Below, piece after piece: positions 23,228 to 24,000 of a stretch of DNA of 24,000 bases; positions within the stretch are counted from its first letter, which is position 1; the number at the start of each line of letters is the position of its first letter. Below the pieces are notes generated by a model. That model was given only the letters and a program-made list of their open reading frames with translations. It did no database searches and had not been told where the DNA came from. Source of the stretch: an uncultured Thermoplasmatales archaeon (GTDB taxonomy: Archaea > Thermoplasmatota > E2 > DHVEG-1); assembly GCA_964627915.1 (NCBI GenBank), contig CAZVKY010000008.1, positions 7,678 to 31,677 of the forward strand. The letters run 5' to 3'. The translations under genes and the position numbers were made by a program.

Positions 23228-24000
23228 TTAGAAGAAGAGCCATTGAACTAGATTAATAACAGGGATGCTCAACAGGATGATTCCAAGAATGGAAAGGAAA
23301 AAACCGATCTTGCCCAGTTTGTATTCATCTGGTAATACTTTTTGACTGAGATACACTGCACCTACCCCATAGATAAGAACACCGAATACTCCAAGAAACA
23401 TGAGGGTAAGACTAAGCATTAAGAGCACCGAAAGGCCTTTCCACATCAGAATGGAGAGGGGAATCCCTGGAACCAGGATGTATAAGATAACATAAAGCAT
23501 GAATCTTCTGTATTCTATTTTTTTGATTTTTGGGATGATGGTTTTTCCGGTTTCAAAAAGCATACGTGTTCCTGCTTCAAAACCTGCATATGCCGTTCCG
23601 AACAGGGCAAAGAACACACTGATTTTAAACAATGGTTCCAACCATGAGGCCATATGCGAAAAGATTCGTCCTTGTTCTGTGATCAAATCTAGATCTGATG
23701 GGAGGAGAGCACTGCCATCCGGTTGAAGACCGAGAAGGCTTTCCCCTGCTATCATGTAAGCTGTTGAAACGATGGAGACGACAAGAAAAGCAAACGCAAG
23801 ATCAATGAGTAATGGTTTAAGGAGTATCTTTGATTTTTTTATTTCTGTTTGATCATGTGGAAGATAAGTGATTTTTTTGTTTTTTGTGAAGGATTCAAGC
23901 AGTTGATGTGATAAAAGATGTGGATCAGTGGAGCTTCCAAAAATACCCCATTTTTTGACTTTGATCCAGCCCAGATATCCAATGAGAACAATCAAGGTAA
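23228..24000 (-). CDS. Multi-pass membrane protein (possible transporter), 5'-truncated by the window edge
   Basis: The reading frame is open to position 24000; the track's TTG at 23995 is only the first start-like codon. At least 5 hydrophobic helices are visible in the 255+ aa. No diagnostic motif recognised. Confidence 0.5.
   Translation of the reverse strand, partial: TLIVLIGYLGWIKVKKWGIFGSSTDPHLLSHQLLESFTKNKKITYLPHDQTEIKKSKILLKPLLIDLAFAFLVVSIVSTAYMIAGESLLGLQPDGSALLPSDLDLITEQGRIFSHMASWLEPLFKISVFFALFGTAYAGFEAGTRMLFETGKTIIPKIKKIEYRRFMLYVILYILVPGIPLSILMWKGLSVLLMLSLTLMFLGVFGVLIYGVGAVYLSQKVLPDEYKLGKIGFFLSILGIILLSIPVINLVQWLFF

Noticed and set aside
1-24000. Whole-window search by eye for CRISPR arrays, IS elements or transposases, integrases next to the tRNA, restriction-modification or known defence domains
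   Set aside because: No regularly spaced direct repeats, no terminal inverted repeats flanking a transposase-like ORF, no integrase adjacent to tRNA-Trp, and no nuclease, ATPase or methyltransferase motifs typical of defence systems.

Overview
AT-rich archaeal chromosomal segment. Archaeal origin is shown by the exosome/proteasome superoperon, ribosomal proteins eL41 and L37Ae, RpoP, an intron-containing tRNA and an archaeosine-type QueE. Gene content looks euryarchaeal or Thermoplasmata-like, but I cannot place the taxon from sequence alone. Most of the window is conserved housekeeping. (i) A tightly coupled minus-strand string psmA-sdo1-rrp4-rrp41-rrp42-rpl37ae-rpoP (18978 down to 14856); rpoP is too short for the ORF track. 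(ii) queE. (iii) Split glycine-cleavage P-protein genes gcvPA/gcvPB. (iv) An FAH-family hydrolase. (v) A plus-strand run of PAS/PAS histidine kinase, duplicated zinc-ribbon protein, eL41 (also missing from the ORF track), tRNA-Trp(CCA), and a small membrane protein. The best-supported non-obvious feature is the 69-nt tRNA-Trp intron. It carries a complete 50-nt box C/D guide RNA whose two 12-nt guides aim at C34 and C39 of its own tRNA. This class is already described in other Euryarchaeota, so it is not new. The left third holds less conserved genes: an aminotransferase broken by two frameshifts, a membrane-anchored DUF362-like protein, radC, a translationally coupled micro-ORF pair, a HAD hydrolase and an exported GATase1/BPL_N-like protein. 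The right end encodes a 1093-aa surface protein with a polytopic C-terminus. I found no CRISPR array, transposase, integrase or recognisable defence, toxin or secretion module, and I cannot honestly point to a clear novel multi-gene system. The most plausible places for something undescribed are three. First, the 1.45-kb patch at 13403-14855, which has only Shine-Dalgarno-preceded micro-genes plus a 103-nt structured element. Second, the orphan kinase plus duplicated zinc-ribbon pair. Third, the 1093-aa surface protein and its membrane neighbour. All family assignments are from motif recognition by eye, not from searches.
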